Source: Cenococcum geophilum (Eukaryota). From it: a stretch of DNA of 64,000 nucleotides. The stretch covers positions 3,720,001 to 3,784,000 of the forward strand of contig CP158635.1 in NCBI GenBank assembly GCA_050273025.1, written 5' to 3'. The position numbers and the translations under genes are program-made. Below the pieces are notes generated by a model that saw only the letters and a list, made by a program, of their open reading frames with translations, was not told the DNA's origin and did no database searches. Positions 52,274 to 64,000 of the stretch are shown in pieces (position 1 is the stretch's first letter; each line of letters opens with the position of its first letter).

Positions 52274-52484
52274 TATTAACGACTTAGTTAATTAGAGTGT
52301 AAGTATAATAAAGGGGGCGTATATAAGCCTATATAATTAGATTATCTATTAATAAAGGTCTAACGCTAGAGAAAGGAAAGAAGAAGAATAGTAGCACTAC
52401 TTAAAATATAGTTTTATTTAATCCCCTAAGTACGTAACTTTAACTATCTACTATTTTCTGCTATTTTCTACTAGTTTTATAATA
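52274..52484. repeat. Degenerate LTR related to 53233-53469
   Basis: TATTAACGACTTAGTTAATTA and AAGCCTATATAATTAGATT shared with the Gypsy-5 LTR; no clear TSD. Confidence 0.6.
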
Positions 52485-52608
52485 TAACTCTAAAATCTTT
52501 ATCATTAGATTTTTTATCTAGAATTTAAGGCGTCTCTATTACTACAGCAGCTATAATAGTCTCTTTAGCGAGTTTAGATAATTACGATTAACTAAAATAT
52601 ATAGTTTA

Positions 52609-53232
52609 TGTAACGGCTTGCATAAATGCCTTTAAACTAAAGCTTGTAGATTGCTATCTAATAAAGATACTAAGCTAAGGAGAAGGAAAGGGCGTCGCGA
52701 GGGCTAGTGTTAATAAATAGGTAGCGTAAGCCGCTAAGGCGCTAGCAGTAGACGAGCTAATAGTAGGCGAGCTAACAGTAAGAAAATAGTACTAGATAGT
52801 ATATAATAGTACTAAATAGTATGCGATAATATAATAGGTGGCAGAATATAGCAGAACTTAGTAGGTAACGCGCCCTAGTACTATTATATTACCCCCCCCC
52901 TTTTAAAAAAGCCTGCCCTTAGGCGTTATCCGAGCTCCTTATTATTATCTAAATTGTTATAGTTATCTAAACCTTTTTCCTAGCACTTAATCTAGTTATT
53001 TAATTTGCGTAATAGTCTAGGGAGGTTAAAGTAGGCTAGATAGAAGTCCTATAGCTTATAAGGGGAGTATTTAAAGTTAAATACGGGATACTATTCTAGG
53101 TCTTCGTTTTAGCCTACCTAGCTTATACGGTATTTTAAGACCTTATAGTCCTTTTTAACCGCTAAGATTTCTTTAACTTTTTATTCTTCGTCCTCTATAA
53201 TCTAGATTAGCGGTAGAGGGTTATTATATTAC
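52609..53232 (-). mobile_element. 3' end of Gypsy-4 (LTR 52609-52888, PPT, chromodomain), interrupted by Gypsy-5
   Basis: TGTAACGGC...TATTATA followed by poly-C (minus-strand PPT); chromodomain-like EE*KVKEILA..LKYR ~53190-53010. Confidence 0.8.
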
Positions 53233-56200
53233 TATTAGCGACTTAGTTAATTAAGACATAAGCATAGCAAAAGGGTCGCGCAAGCCTATATAATTAGATT
53301 GTCTATAAATAAGAATCTAAAGCTAGGGAAAGGAAAGGAGAAGAAGAGTAGCGCCGTTTAGTGTTTTATAAGATCTTTGCGTTACGTGATCGCAATATAC
53401 AGCAATCTATGGCAACTTGCCGGTGCGAAGTTTTGCCAAGTTCTACCAAGTTCTGCTAGTGCCGTAATATTACCCCCCCCTCTAAAAAAGCCTACCCTTA
53501 GGCTTTATTGCTAAAAGTCTTAGTAAGAGAATCTAACTAATTAGATAACTTTAACCGCCGGTTAAAGTTCCTAGATATCTTAACACCTTATATAACTAAG
53601 AAATTTCTAGGGCATTTTTATCCTTATATTCTTCTAGTAGCTTATCGTCTTTATTATACTAGTACTCTATCTACTTATCTAGGTACTTTAATAGTCCGGG
53701 TTTATTAGGGTAACGGCTATAGAACTTTTAGAGCTTATAGGAACTACCTATAAAGTTCTATATAGGGTACTAAGTGGGGTTTAGGTTATATCCTTTCTAA
53801 CTAATACGATACTTTAACGTTCCCTTTATAAGTTTATAGGCTAGTACTTCTTTAATTTCCTACTTATTATCGCTATTAACTTAAATTAGTAGGGGAGGTT
53901 TATTCTTTTATCTAGGCAGTAGGTTATTTATAGCTTTCCGTAGCTTATCCGGTAAAAAAATAGGGTAAACTTTAATTAAGTCTAGGAGCTTAACCTTATA
54001 TAAGTTACCTACTTTATTAAGAATCTTATACGGTCCTACTATCTTATAGTCTAGCTTACGGCTAGGCCGTTCTATCTTTTAGTTCTTTATTATAATCTAG
54101 ACTATATCGCCTATAGTAAAATTAGGCTCGCGCTTATACTTATTCGCCTACTATTCTATTAATTTCTAGGCCTTTTTTAGGTTTATATAGGCTACTTTCT
54201 AGGCTTCTTCTAAGCGCTTAGCGTACTACTAGGCTTCCTTATAAGATAGTTTTTCGCGTATAGTCTAGGGCCCTTCTAGTCTTTCTTAGTTAAAGCTTAT
54301 ATGGGGTAGGTAACCCATTTCTAGTTAAATAGGGGCAAATCTAGTAGAGTTGTGGGGTAGGGTTGCTTGGGCGTAGTCTATTAAGGGTAATAGTTTAGCC
54401 CAGTTATCCTAGAAGTAGTTAATAAAAGGCTAAAGTCTTTAGTTTAAGTATTAATTTATAATCTTAATTTAACTGTCTATCTAGGGGTAATATACTATAA
54501 AAAGCTTTAGCTTAATACCTAAGATCTAGGTAAACTTATTCTAAAAGGCTAATATAAACTACGGCCTATGGTTAGATATAATAGTATTTAATAGTCTATA
54601 AATTTAGTAAACGTAGTAAATATACAGCCGGGCTGCCTCTTTAGTATTAATATTTTTATAACAGGGGATTAAAAACGGGCGCTTGCTAAAGTGGTTAACT
54701 AGGATTATAACTATATTATATCCGTTATAGTCTAGAGGTAGCTTATAAAAGTCTATAAAGACATATTACTAGGGGCGGTTAGGTATTAGGAGGGGTTTTA
54801 ATAATCCTAGGGTCTTATCTCGTAGAATTATAGACCTATAGCAGTTATTGTAGTTCCGTATATAGCGGTCAATATCTATAATTATTTTAGGCTAGTAGTA
54901 GCGGTCGCCAATAATCCTATAGGTCTTATTTTTTCTAGGGTGGGCCATAGAGACCTAGGTATGTGCTTTAGCAATAAGCCAAGTCCGTAAATTCTATTCC
55001 TCTACTACTACTAGCCGTTTGTAGTGCTTAAGTAGTCCACTTTTAAGGGACTATAGGCTAGAAACGTTCTTTGCCTTTTCGCGGTACTTCTATAGAGAAG
55101 GGGCTGTACGGTTTACCTATAGTAGTTTATTAATAAGGTCTAGTTCTATGGAGTTAATAGGGTATATCTTAGCATCTAAAGGGTCTGTATTTAGTTCTGC
55201 CTATATTTAGGAGTTAAGGTGCTCTAGTTATAGTAGCGCTTAGGTTTATAATAAGATCTTTACGGCTATCTGGTTATTTATATCCTGTTTATACCTTATA
55301 AGAACGTCTACACGGTTAGTAGCGCCTAGCCTATATATAATTAGGAAGTTAAACTAAGATAGGGTATCTACCTAGCGCGCCTATTGGGCTATAAGGGCCT
55401 TTATTATTATAAAATATTCTAAGGCCTTATAATTGGAAACTACCTAGATAGACTTAGGGGTGCCTTCTAGTTAGGCTCGCCAGTGCTAAAAGCTAAAGAT
55501 AATAGCTAGCATTTCTTTATCGTAAATTAGGTAGTTTAGCTTAACATCTACTATAGTCTTTAAATAGTAAGCAATAGGGTGCTATTCTCTATTTATCTGC
55601 TTTTAGGAATAAACGCCAGCTATAACACTATCTAAGGCATTGGTTTCTAGCATTAAGGGTTATTTTAGGTTAAAGTGGGCGAGTAAGGGAGTAGAGACTA
55701 GTCGTTTCTTAAGCTCGTTAAAGGCCTGCCTATATACGGTATTAAAGTAAAAGGGCTAGTCCTTATAGGTAAGTAGGCTTAGTAGTTAGGTAATCCTACT
55801 ATAGTTCTTAATAAAGCGTTAGTAGAAGTTATAAAACCCTAAGAATAACTACACCCCCTTTACGGTCCTTAGGGGTACCTATTAGTTAATTATAGCTGTC
55901 TTTTCTAGGTCTGTCTTAATCCTATTTATACTAATAATAAACCCTAAATACTTTATACGCTTAATACTAAATTCTAATTTCTTAATATTGGCTTAGAGGC
56001 TAGCTTCCTAAAGCCGTTATAAGACTTTATAAATATGCTCTTTATATTCTAGTTCGTTTTTAAAGTAGATTATAATATTATCTAGGTATACTATATAGAA
56101 GTTATTAAGGTAGTTAAATAGTACGTTATTGACCCGAGGTACGAGTGGTCTATATATTCGGGTCCTGGATTTCAAACCTCCGCCAAGCCAGCTTCTGATT

Positions 56201-56289
56201 GGTTAGAAAGCCAGCTTCTCATTGGTTAGAAAAAAAGTTGCGCGCGGTAAGTTATGGCAGAATCCACGTGACGAACTTCAAAACATTGG

Positions 56290-58345
56290 GCTCTACAAAC
56301 GCTCTGCACAAAGCTCCGTACGAAGCTTTGCGAAAGCTCTACCAAAAGCTCTACCAAAAGCTCTACCACAAGCTCTACCAAAAGCTCTGCCAAAGGCTCT
56401 GCCAAAGGCTTTGCAGCACCTCTGCCCACCTAGTGTACCGGCCATGCAGTACATGGAGCACGCTGTGCGCAGGGGTCTAAGGGGGTCTCCCCTTTGAAGC
56501 TCTGCTCGAAGTTTTACTCGAAGCCCTATACGGAGCTCTAAAGCTTTACTAACACGCAGCGCTAATATACTAGGAAGTTTCTGCAATCGGCCATATAACC
56601 GCCCATACGGTCAATCGCCGTACAATTGTCTCTACGAACGGCTCTACGAACGGCTCTACAAACGTCTACACGATCGCCCGTACGAACGTTCATACGATCG
56701 ATTAACCAAACGCCTATACAATCAATCAGACGCCCGTATAAACGTCTCTACGAGCGTCTACAAACGTCTCTACAAACGTCTACAATCGCCCATACAATCG
56801 TCCGTACGAACGTCTGTACGAACGCCTACACAAACGCCTACACAAAGCTCTGCTCGAAGCTCTACAAAGCTCTACACGAACCTTCGTACGAAGCTCTGCA
56901 AAAGCTCTACTAAAAGCTCTACCAAAGCCTCTACCAAAGCCTCTGCAAGAGCTCTGCCCGCGCAGTAAATAGAGCACGTAGTGCGCAGGGGGGGTCCAAG
57001 GGGGTCTCCCCCTTGAGCTTAAAGCTCTACTTGAAGCTCTACTCGAAGCTTAATACGGAGCTCTAAAGCTCTACTAATATGCAGCACTGATATACAGGAA
57101 GGCTCTATAATCGTCTACACGAACGGCTCTATAAACGGCTCTACGAATGTCTGCATAATCGCCCGTACAAACGCCTATACAATCAATCAAACACCTATAT
57201 AATCGATCAATCAAACGCCCATACGAACGACTAATTAAACGTCCATGCAATTGCCTATACAATCGTCTCTACAAATGTCTCTGCGGTTAATTGCCCGTGC
57301 GAACGCCTGCATGTGGCTCTGCATAAGGCTCTACACGAAGCTCTACCAAAGCTCTACACGAAGCTCTACCAAAGCTCTACATAAAGCTCTACCAAAGCTC
57401 TACACAAAGCTCTACCGAAGCTCTACACAGAGCTCTATAAAAGCTCTATAAAAGCTCTACCAAATGCTCTACCAAAGCCTCTACAAGAACTCTGCCTACG
57501 CGGTAAATAGAGCATGTAGTGCGCAGGGGGGGTCCAAGGGGGTCTCCCCCTTAAGCTCAAAGCTTTACTCGAAACTCTACTTAAAGCTCAAAGCTTTACT
57601 CGAAACTCTACTTAAAGCTCAAAGCTTTACTCGAAACTCTACTTAAAGCTCAAAGCTTTACTCGAAACTCTACTTAAAGCTCAAAGCTTTACTCGAAACT
57701 CTACTTAAAGCTCAAAGCTTTACTCGAAACTCTACTTAAAGCTCAAAGCTTTACTCGAAACTCTACTTAAAGCTCAAAGCTTTACTCGAAACTCTACTTA
57801 AAGCTTAATACAGAGCTCTAAAGCTCTACTAACATGCAGCACTAATATACTAGGAAGGCTCTATAATCGTCTACACAAACGGCTCTATAAACGGCTCCAT
57901 GAACGTCTATACAATCGTCTATATAAACGCCCATATAATTAGTCAATTAATCGATCAATTGCCTATAAACGCCTATACAATTAATTAATCAATTAACTAA
58001 ACGCCCGTACGAACGTCTCTACGAACGGCTCTATAAATGGCTCTATGTATAGCTTTACGCACGGCTCTATAAACGTCTATATAATTAATTAATCAATTAA
58101 TTGCCCACACAAACGCCCGTATAAACGATTAATTAAACGCCTATACAATTGCCTGTACAATCGTCTCTACAAATGTCTCTGCAATTAATCGCCAGAACAA
58201 ACGGCTGTACGTCTATACATCTGCACGTAGCTCTGCGCAAGGCTCTACACAAAGCTCCGCACGAGGCTCTACCAAAGCTCTGCACGAGGCTCTACCAAAG
58301 CTCTATATAAGGCTCTATTAAAGCTCTGCACAAGGCTCTGCCTAA
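56290..58345 (+). repeat. Higher-order repeat: ~520-540-bp modules of AAAGCTCTACC / ACGAACGGCTCT units
   Basis: Anchor GTGCGCAGGGG..AAGGGGGTCTCCCC recurs near 56465, 56981 and 57519. Confidence 0.88.
57551..57797 (+). repeat. 31-bp tandem repeat x8
   Basis: TTAAAGCTCAAAGCTTTACTCGAAACTCTAC; GAAACTCTAC recurs at 57571, 57602 ... 57788. Confidence 0.95.
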
Positions 58346-60996
58346 AGCTTAACCCGTACTGCAAAGCACGACGGAGGTATAGGATTTACGAAACAAATCT
58401 ATACCTACTAGTGTATGCTAATTAAGCTCTATATAATAAGGCTCTAAATTAAAGCTTTGGGTTAATTAATCGGCTTATTAATTATAAACTCGGGTCAAAA
58501 TTTTCGTTGAGGGGTACCAACGATCCGCATGTTTTATATATCGTTAGTATCTAGCTAGTCCGTTAGTTAGTCTAAAAGGTAGTACTTTATATTTATACGT
58601 TCTATAACGGGTCTAAAACGTAATAAGGTTTTCTAATTTAGGGTTTATCCTAATCCGGTAAAAAGCCTAGCGGATATTAAGCTTTATAAAGATCTTAGCT
58701 CTACTTATTCGGGCCAAAGTCTTATTAAGTAAAGGTAGTTGGTAGCGGTCTTTAAGGGTTAAATTATTAAGCTTATAATAGTTAATACAGAAACAAAGTC
58801 CTCTATTTAACTTTTTGGTAAAGAGAATAGGTAAGTTAAAAGAGGCTTAACTAGGCTTAATAAAGCCCTTATCTAGGTTATTAATAAGATACTACTTTAT
58901 AGCCTATAATTTAGCAGTAAATTGCTATTAGAGGGGGCTATAGCTAAGGGTAACCACCTTATCCGGCTTAATTTTAATCTTATAGTTATACGGTCGGTAA
59001 GGTGGGAGTATATTAGACGCTGCTTTAGAGAAGGTATCTTTAAATTTCTAATATTAACGGGGCAGTTTTTGTTCTACTAGCTTCTTATCTATAAGCTTAC
59101 CTTTCTCTTAGGCTAGGGCTTCTTTCTCTTTAATTATTTAATTAATTTTATATAAGCTAGTTGTAAAGGCAACGGTATTAGGCTAAACTAGGTTTTAGTA
59201 GAATCCTATAGCGCTAATATAACAGATATTAACTGGTAGAAGGTCTATAGGTTTCTTTACGGATATTTATTAGGCCGTATTTTGCGGTATAGGGTTTATA
59301 ATCTTCCTTAGCTTACGTTCTATTTTCTATAAGTTATCCTTTTAGTTTATTAGTTTGGTATATTATCTAATATCCCTAGCCTTTCTTTATAGCTATATAG
59401 GGCCTAAGTTCTCTATTAGGGACTTAGCTAGGCTACTACCGACTTCCTAAGTCTTTAGTGTAGGTGGTGTAATATAGGTAGTCTAGGGGCGGCGTAGTAT
59501 ACGGATCTGTTGCGGATTAAGCTATATATCCTTCTTAAAAGCCTAGTCCCTACGCGTTGCATTAGCCTAATAAATAGTATTTATCTATAGCCGTATAAGG
59601 TTTTTTATTATAATACTAATCTCTTTTATAAAGGAAGGCGTTAGGGGCATAGTTTTAGGCTAGATAAGCTGCCTATTTTATATATTAAGCTATAAGCCTA
59701 AATAGGCTAGCTATTTTCTCCCTAAGATTATATTATAGCTTCTAAGGTCTGTAATTAAGAAGGGGATATTATACTACCTTTATCTATTAACACGGAGGTA
59801 AATCCGTAAGATAGTTATAATAGGTAGTCCTATCTATCTGTTATAACCGCAAATAGGGACTAGTTTAGGCAGTTCTTTAAGGGGTGTATTTAAAAAGTTA
59901 GCTAGTTTTATAGCGCACTTTATATTAATTAAGGTAAAGGCATTTACTCCTAAGTTAGCTAAAGTAGAGGTTAAAACTTAATATCTATTATAAAATAAAG
60001 TATAAGGGATAGTGCAGCTTCTTCTACTAACTAGCTGACCTAGATTAATATATAATATATTAATCCCTTTTAACCCTAGAGAGAAGTCTTCCTTTAGAGT
60101 TCCTCTTTTTCTAGCTCTATACTATCCTCCTAAATTAATAGAACCTCGTTTATCTTTACCTTTATTAGGCAGTTCCTTATAGGGTGGCCTATTTAACTAT
60201 ATAAGAAGTAAGCTCCTTAATTACTAAGGGCCTATATATAGGGGTTATTATATATAGGCCGGGTATATACTAGGCCCGTAATAGGGGTAGCTATACGGCT
60301 AGCTATTAGGTTAACTATAGGAGTTGCTAATTATACTAGGGCACTACGGGCTGTACTTATAGTACTTACGGCCTAGTTTGTAAGGTTTCTAGTTTTTAGC
60401 TAGTTAGCGCGTGCCTTAATTTAATAGAGGCCTTAGTTAATAGCTAGGCAATAGTCTATAAGTTCCTTTAACGTCTATACTATAGTATAAGCTAGTAATA
60501 CGGCCTATTATAGGTCTAGAGTAAGCTTATTAAAGAGGTCTAGTAGTAGGTTTTTTTAGGGGATCTAGGCCTATCTAGCTAGGTATAAAAAGCGGGTTTA
60601 AAAGGCTAAAAAGGTCTCCGTTATTTTTATATTTAGGCTTTTATAGCTAAGGCAGGCGTTTTATACTTTAAAAGGGTCTTTATAAATAGAAGATAAGTAT
60701 TTAATTATTTCTTCTTTAGAGATAAAGGGGTTTACTAAGTCTTTAGTATATTGCGGGCGTAAATACGTCTAGGCGTCTCCACTAGTACAGCCAAAAATAT
60801 AGGCTATTCTGGCTTAGGCGTTAGGGAAGTAGTCTATATTAACTTTAAGCTTATCCCGTAATTAAAGCTTCTAATTATTAAATATAGGGTTAGTTCTATT
60901 TATAAGTAGTAGGGAATTCGCGACCTTTACTAACCGCTTTAGTACTATATAGGCCTTAGTAGGTCTACTAAGGCACTAGGATAGGGCCTAAAGGAC

Positions 60997-63900
60997 TATA
61001 GTATAGGAGGGTACGACCTCTCTAAGATAGGAAAGTTACAGTGCTGTTAGTTAGTCTTTTGGTCAGTCTATTGGTCGGTTACAATTAGTTAAAATTAAGC
61101 AGTAAGAAGAGAAAGAAAAGAGTGTATTTAAGGAGAGTTGTGTATCTATTAGTGTTGCCTAAGTTATTAAAGACTCTAAGGGCTTTAAACCGATCTATAT
61201 AACTTATAGAAGGCCTAGGCTCTCCCAAAGCTATGCTTAATTTAGATGTTGAATCTAGGGGCCAAATTATACTACTACATACCTCCCCTACCTAAGTTGT
61301 TGTCCCCTAACGACTTCCAAAACTTTAAAACTCCTTATCTTTAAAATGAAGGCGTGGTAGGTAATTATATACGCTCCTTGCCCTTACTATAAACTCAAGA
61401 TAGTAAATAAGGAGACTCCGTTCTAGTTAAATGAGACCATTCTCATCTACTTGGCTAAGCAGTAAGAAAGACCTTAGACTGGCGGCTCTTAGATAATATG
61501 GCTCTTTCGCGCCCTTCTATTTGCTCAGTTCTATCCTATAATTCTTTAGGCAACTCTATATAACTCTATCCTTCTTTAATAACTAGGGGCACTCTACTTA
61601 GATCTACCGTAATAGCTAAAGGATTAATTCTATTATTAATGCAGTAGAAGTAAGAGCGGCTATTAAAGCGTTCTATTTTAGTTATATATATTAGCCTAAA
61701 CGCATCTTTATAATTCTTAACGGCCCTAAGACGGTAGAAATATATCTATTTCCCAACTTTGTTCCTATTACCATTAAGAAAAAAGTTATAATCTTAAATT
61801 ACCGCTAGAGAATCCTATTATTGTTTACCGAAAAGGGCGTCAGATAGAGCGCTGGTAGCTATAAGCTTAACTACTATAGGGAAGTGATATAAAATTATGC
61901 TATAGAGATTAGCATGTCCCGACGGCGTATAGGGCGGCGCTCTTAAGTCTTAGTGCGCATCTGCCAACTCTACCTAAGTACCTCCTTTAGTGACCTTAAG
62001 GTTATTATAATCGTCCTAAATACCAACAAATTATAGTAGTATTATTTGCTAGGTTCTAGTTAAAGGTCCTTTTACTCTATAAGAAAGGTAAGGTATAGTT
62101 ATACGCACATCTCCTTTCTTATATGGCTGAGCTACCTAGTCGGTCGCATACTTTTCTACGTCTTTAGTAGTCTAGTTTTAGTTAGAGATCTTATAAACGA
62201 ATCCATTGCCCTTAGTTAATCCTCGCGCCTTAAGATCCTCCCACTATAATTCTAAGTGGTAATACATGCCGGGTAGGATAATTGTGCAGTTATCCTTAGT
62301 CTTATTATCTAGAGAAATGCTCCTTTAGATTATATCGGCACCGTATCTACTTTTAAGGAGCGAGGGAATATTAACGTTAATGTAATGGAAAGCTGTAGAG
62401 TCTCCTTTAACCGCGAATTTTATATAATAAGGGTAGGAAATAAGTTGCCACTAGCTGTTAGGCCTAAGAGCGCAATAGAGACAATAATACTAAGGGTCTT
62501 ATCTTATTAGCTGTTAGTAAAGACCGTAGACCATCGTTCTTAATTAGCTATAATTTAGCCGCCTATTAATTAGACGCTAATAGTGGCGGTATATATATAT
62601 TTCCTTATTAATTATTACCGAGATACTAGAATCCCACTACTATCTAAATACGTTTAAAATTACAGATCCTTCTCGCTGCCATACTTCTTAGTCTTTTAGT
62701 AATATTATCCAATTAAGCAAAGCCTCTCTGTTATATAAAAACCTTAGTGCTAAGTTATAAATAAACTTATACGGTCCTAAGAAATCGGATAAACTAGAGG
62801 TTTATAAGCTTTTCTAAACTAAGAGTACGTAGTAGAATCGGTCTTTATAGTGCTAAGGTAGTTATAAGTGTAATATATTAAACAGAGTCTATAATATAGT
62901 GCGGTATAGTTTAAACCCTTTATTACTAAACCTATACGTCCTCTTATAGCTTGCGTATATATCTAGTAGACCTTATATATCTCTAGATTAGAACTAGCTG
63001 CCTTATACTAACTACGCAAGAGCTTTATAACCTTAGTTAGTTTAATTTTAGTAATTCGGTTTAGGGACGCCTTAAGATAAGTAGGTACGTTATCCTTATA
63101 GTTATACCCTTATTTTGTATGGAGTACCGCTATAATATCTGCAGCCTCCTTAATATACTCCTTATTATCTCCCAGCTTAATAACGTTCTTATTAAATATT
63201 AATGCTACCCCTAGCCCTCCTACTTCCGGGTAAGTAATCGTTAGCCCTTTTCTTAAATTCCTCCTTAATAAAGATACTGGTAGCTATGGGGGCGAGCTAA
63301 TAGGCGTTTTAGCCGCGAGAATGCTCTCGTTTATGGATAATAATGGCGAGTTAACTAATATAGGTGATCCTTGTTGGGATGGGCTTAGTATAATACTAAC
63401 GCCTCCTCCTTAAATAGGTATTAATGGCTAAAAAGCTAAGGGATTTATTATATTAGAAGTATGTCGTAAATATATTCGTAGTATAAGAGCTAAGCTCTCT
63501 CCTGCTTATTAAATTCCGATATCAGTGACCTCTAGTCTTACAGTAGTTAGTCTCCTACTTCTTAGTAGTAGGTCCTCGTTTAAAATAAGGAAACCAGTTA
63601 AGTGTCTTTCTAAGCTATAATTATTTACTACCTAGTCTAATACCGCCCTTCTTGGTATTTTTAGCGCGAGCGCAAAATCGGTTGGCTGTAGTTAAGTAGT
63701 GTTCTTAATGCCGTGTTCTGGATATTTGAGCCTATTAGTTAGGGCCTTATTAACTCGTGCCGTTACTTTATAAAGTAGGTGGACGGTAAGCTTTCGGGCG
63801 GTAAAAAGAAAGTAGTAAGAGACCGCGTATTTAAGTGGACCGTTAAGAACACCTTATCTCTAGGACTTTCGGATAGTTTCTCTAGCTTTATTACACTAAT

Positions 63901-64000
63901 TTCTTTAATCTTTTACTATCTTACTAATATTAGAGATGTCCTTAAAGATTAATAAGAACGCGTCCCTTCCTAGAGATGCTTATATAGCCTATTATCCTAG
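60997..64000 (-). mobile_element. 3' part of an LTR retroelement (LTR 60997-61279, PPT at 61280-61292) continuing beyond the window
   Basis: TATAGTA (RIP'd TGTAGTA)...TACTACA termini; minus strand GGGGACAACAACTTAGGTAGGGGAGGTA immediately precedes TGTAG, like the other Gypsy 3' ends here; similarity to host gag stops at ~60996-61002. Confidence 0.7.
61443..64000 (-). pseudogene. RIP-degraded large ORF with a C-terminal PhyH-like 2OG-Fe(II) dioxygenase domain
   Basis: One frame ~62760-61443: LRTMVYGLY*QLIR*DP*YYCLYCALRP..LISYPYY..GDSTAFHYINVN (FRHID)..II*RSISLD..CTIILPGMY..KGDVRITIPYLSYR (PHLPHG)..TPSGHAN..ALSDAL; the upstream frame continues after a shift at ~62760. Confidence 0.7.

Larger units (their letters stand above)
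56130..58534 (+). mobile_element. Non-autonomous Helentron/Helitron2-like element filled with minisatellite modules (ends ambiguous by 1-2 T)
   Basis: Inserted in a T-run with no TSD; 5' TTGACCCGAG (56129-56138) with nearby inverted TCGGGTC (56158-56164); asymmetric 3' copy CTCGGGTCAA (58489-58498); 3' stem TCGTTG..CAACGA (58504-58523); ends in GTTT. Confidence 0.72.
53233..60996 (-). mobile_element. Gypsy-5: 3' LTR 53233-53469 plus pol and part of gag; interrupted in RT by a Helentron-like insert and in gag by another LTR element
   Basis: LTR then poly-C PPT, chromodomain, integrase, RNase H; RT reads through when 56130-58534 is removed; protease ~59930-59975. Confidence 0.9.

Noticed and set aside
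56199..57646. KALP/QKLY repeat ORFs
   Set aside because: Same minisatellite artefact inside the Helentron-like insert.
57551..57797. CRISPR-like regular repeats
   Set aside because: Head-to-tail units with no unique spacers, eukaryotic context and no cas genes.
61280..64000. Ordinary Gypsy integrase/chromodomain upstream of the PPT
   Set aside because: No HHCC, D,D35E, GPY/F or chromodomain motifs found; the motifs fit a 2OG-Fe(II) dioxygenase.

Overview
Filamentous-ascomycete (Pezizomycotina-type) genomic DNA. A ~13 kb GC-balanced island (~20.6-33.6 kb) holds five host genes: a SNF2 helicase, a DUF4267-like membrane protein, a bZIP-like/DUF3425 protein, a HeLo-like-N + LIM protein and a BBE-like FAD oxidase. 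It is flanked by AT-rich, RIP-mutated (TpA-rich, stop-riddled) nested transposon blocks. Left block: a ~5.2 kb Tc1-like DD34E element with 36-bp inverted ends, two long direct-repeat minisatellite modules and a second convergent ORF, into which a full Gypsy and a full Copia inserted. Right block: an old Gypsy hit by a piggyBac remnant, two Gypsy elements and a hAT. It continues with solo LTRs, a further Gypsy carrying a Helentron-like insert built from the same minisatellite module, and, at the window edge, an LTR element whose 3'-proximal ORF is not integrase but a PhyH-like 2OG-Fe(II) dioxygenase (HxD...H after RIP reversal). Protein calls inside RIP'd DNA come from manual translation with C->T/G->A reversal and need HMM confirmation.
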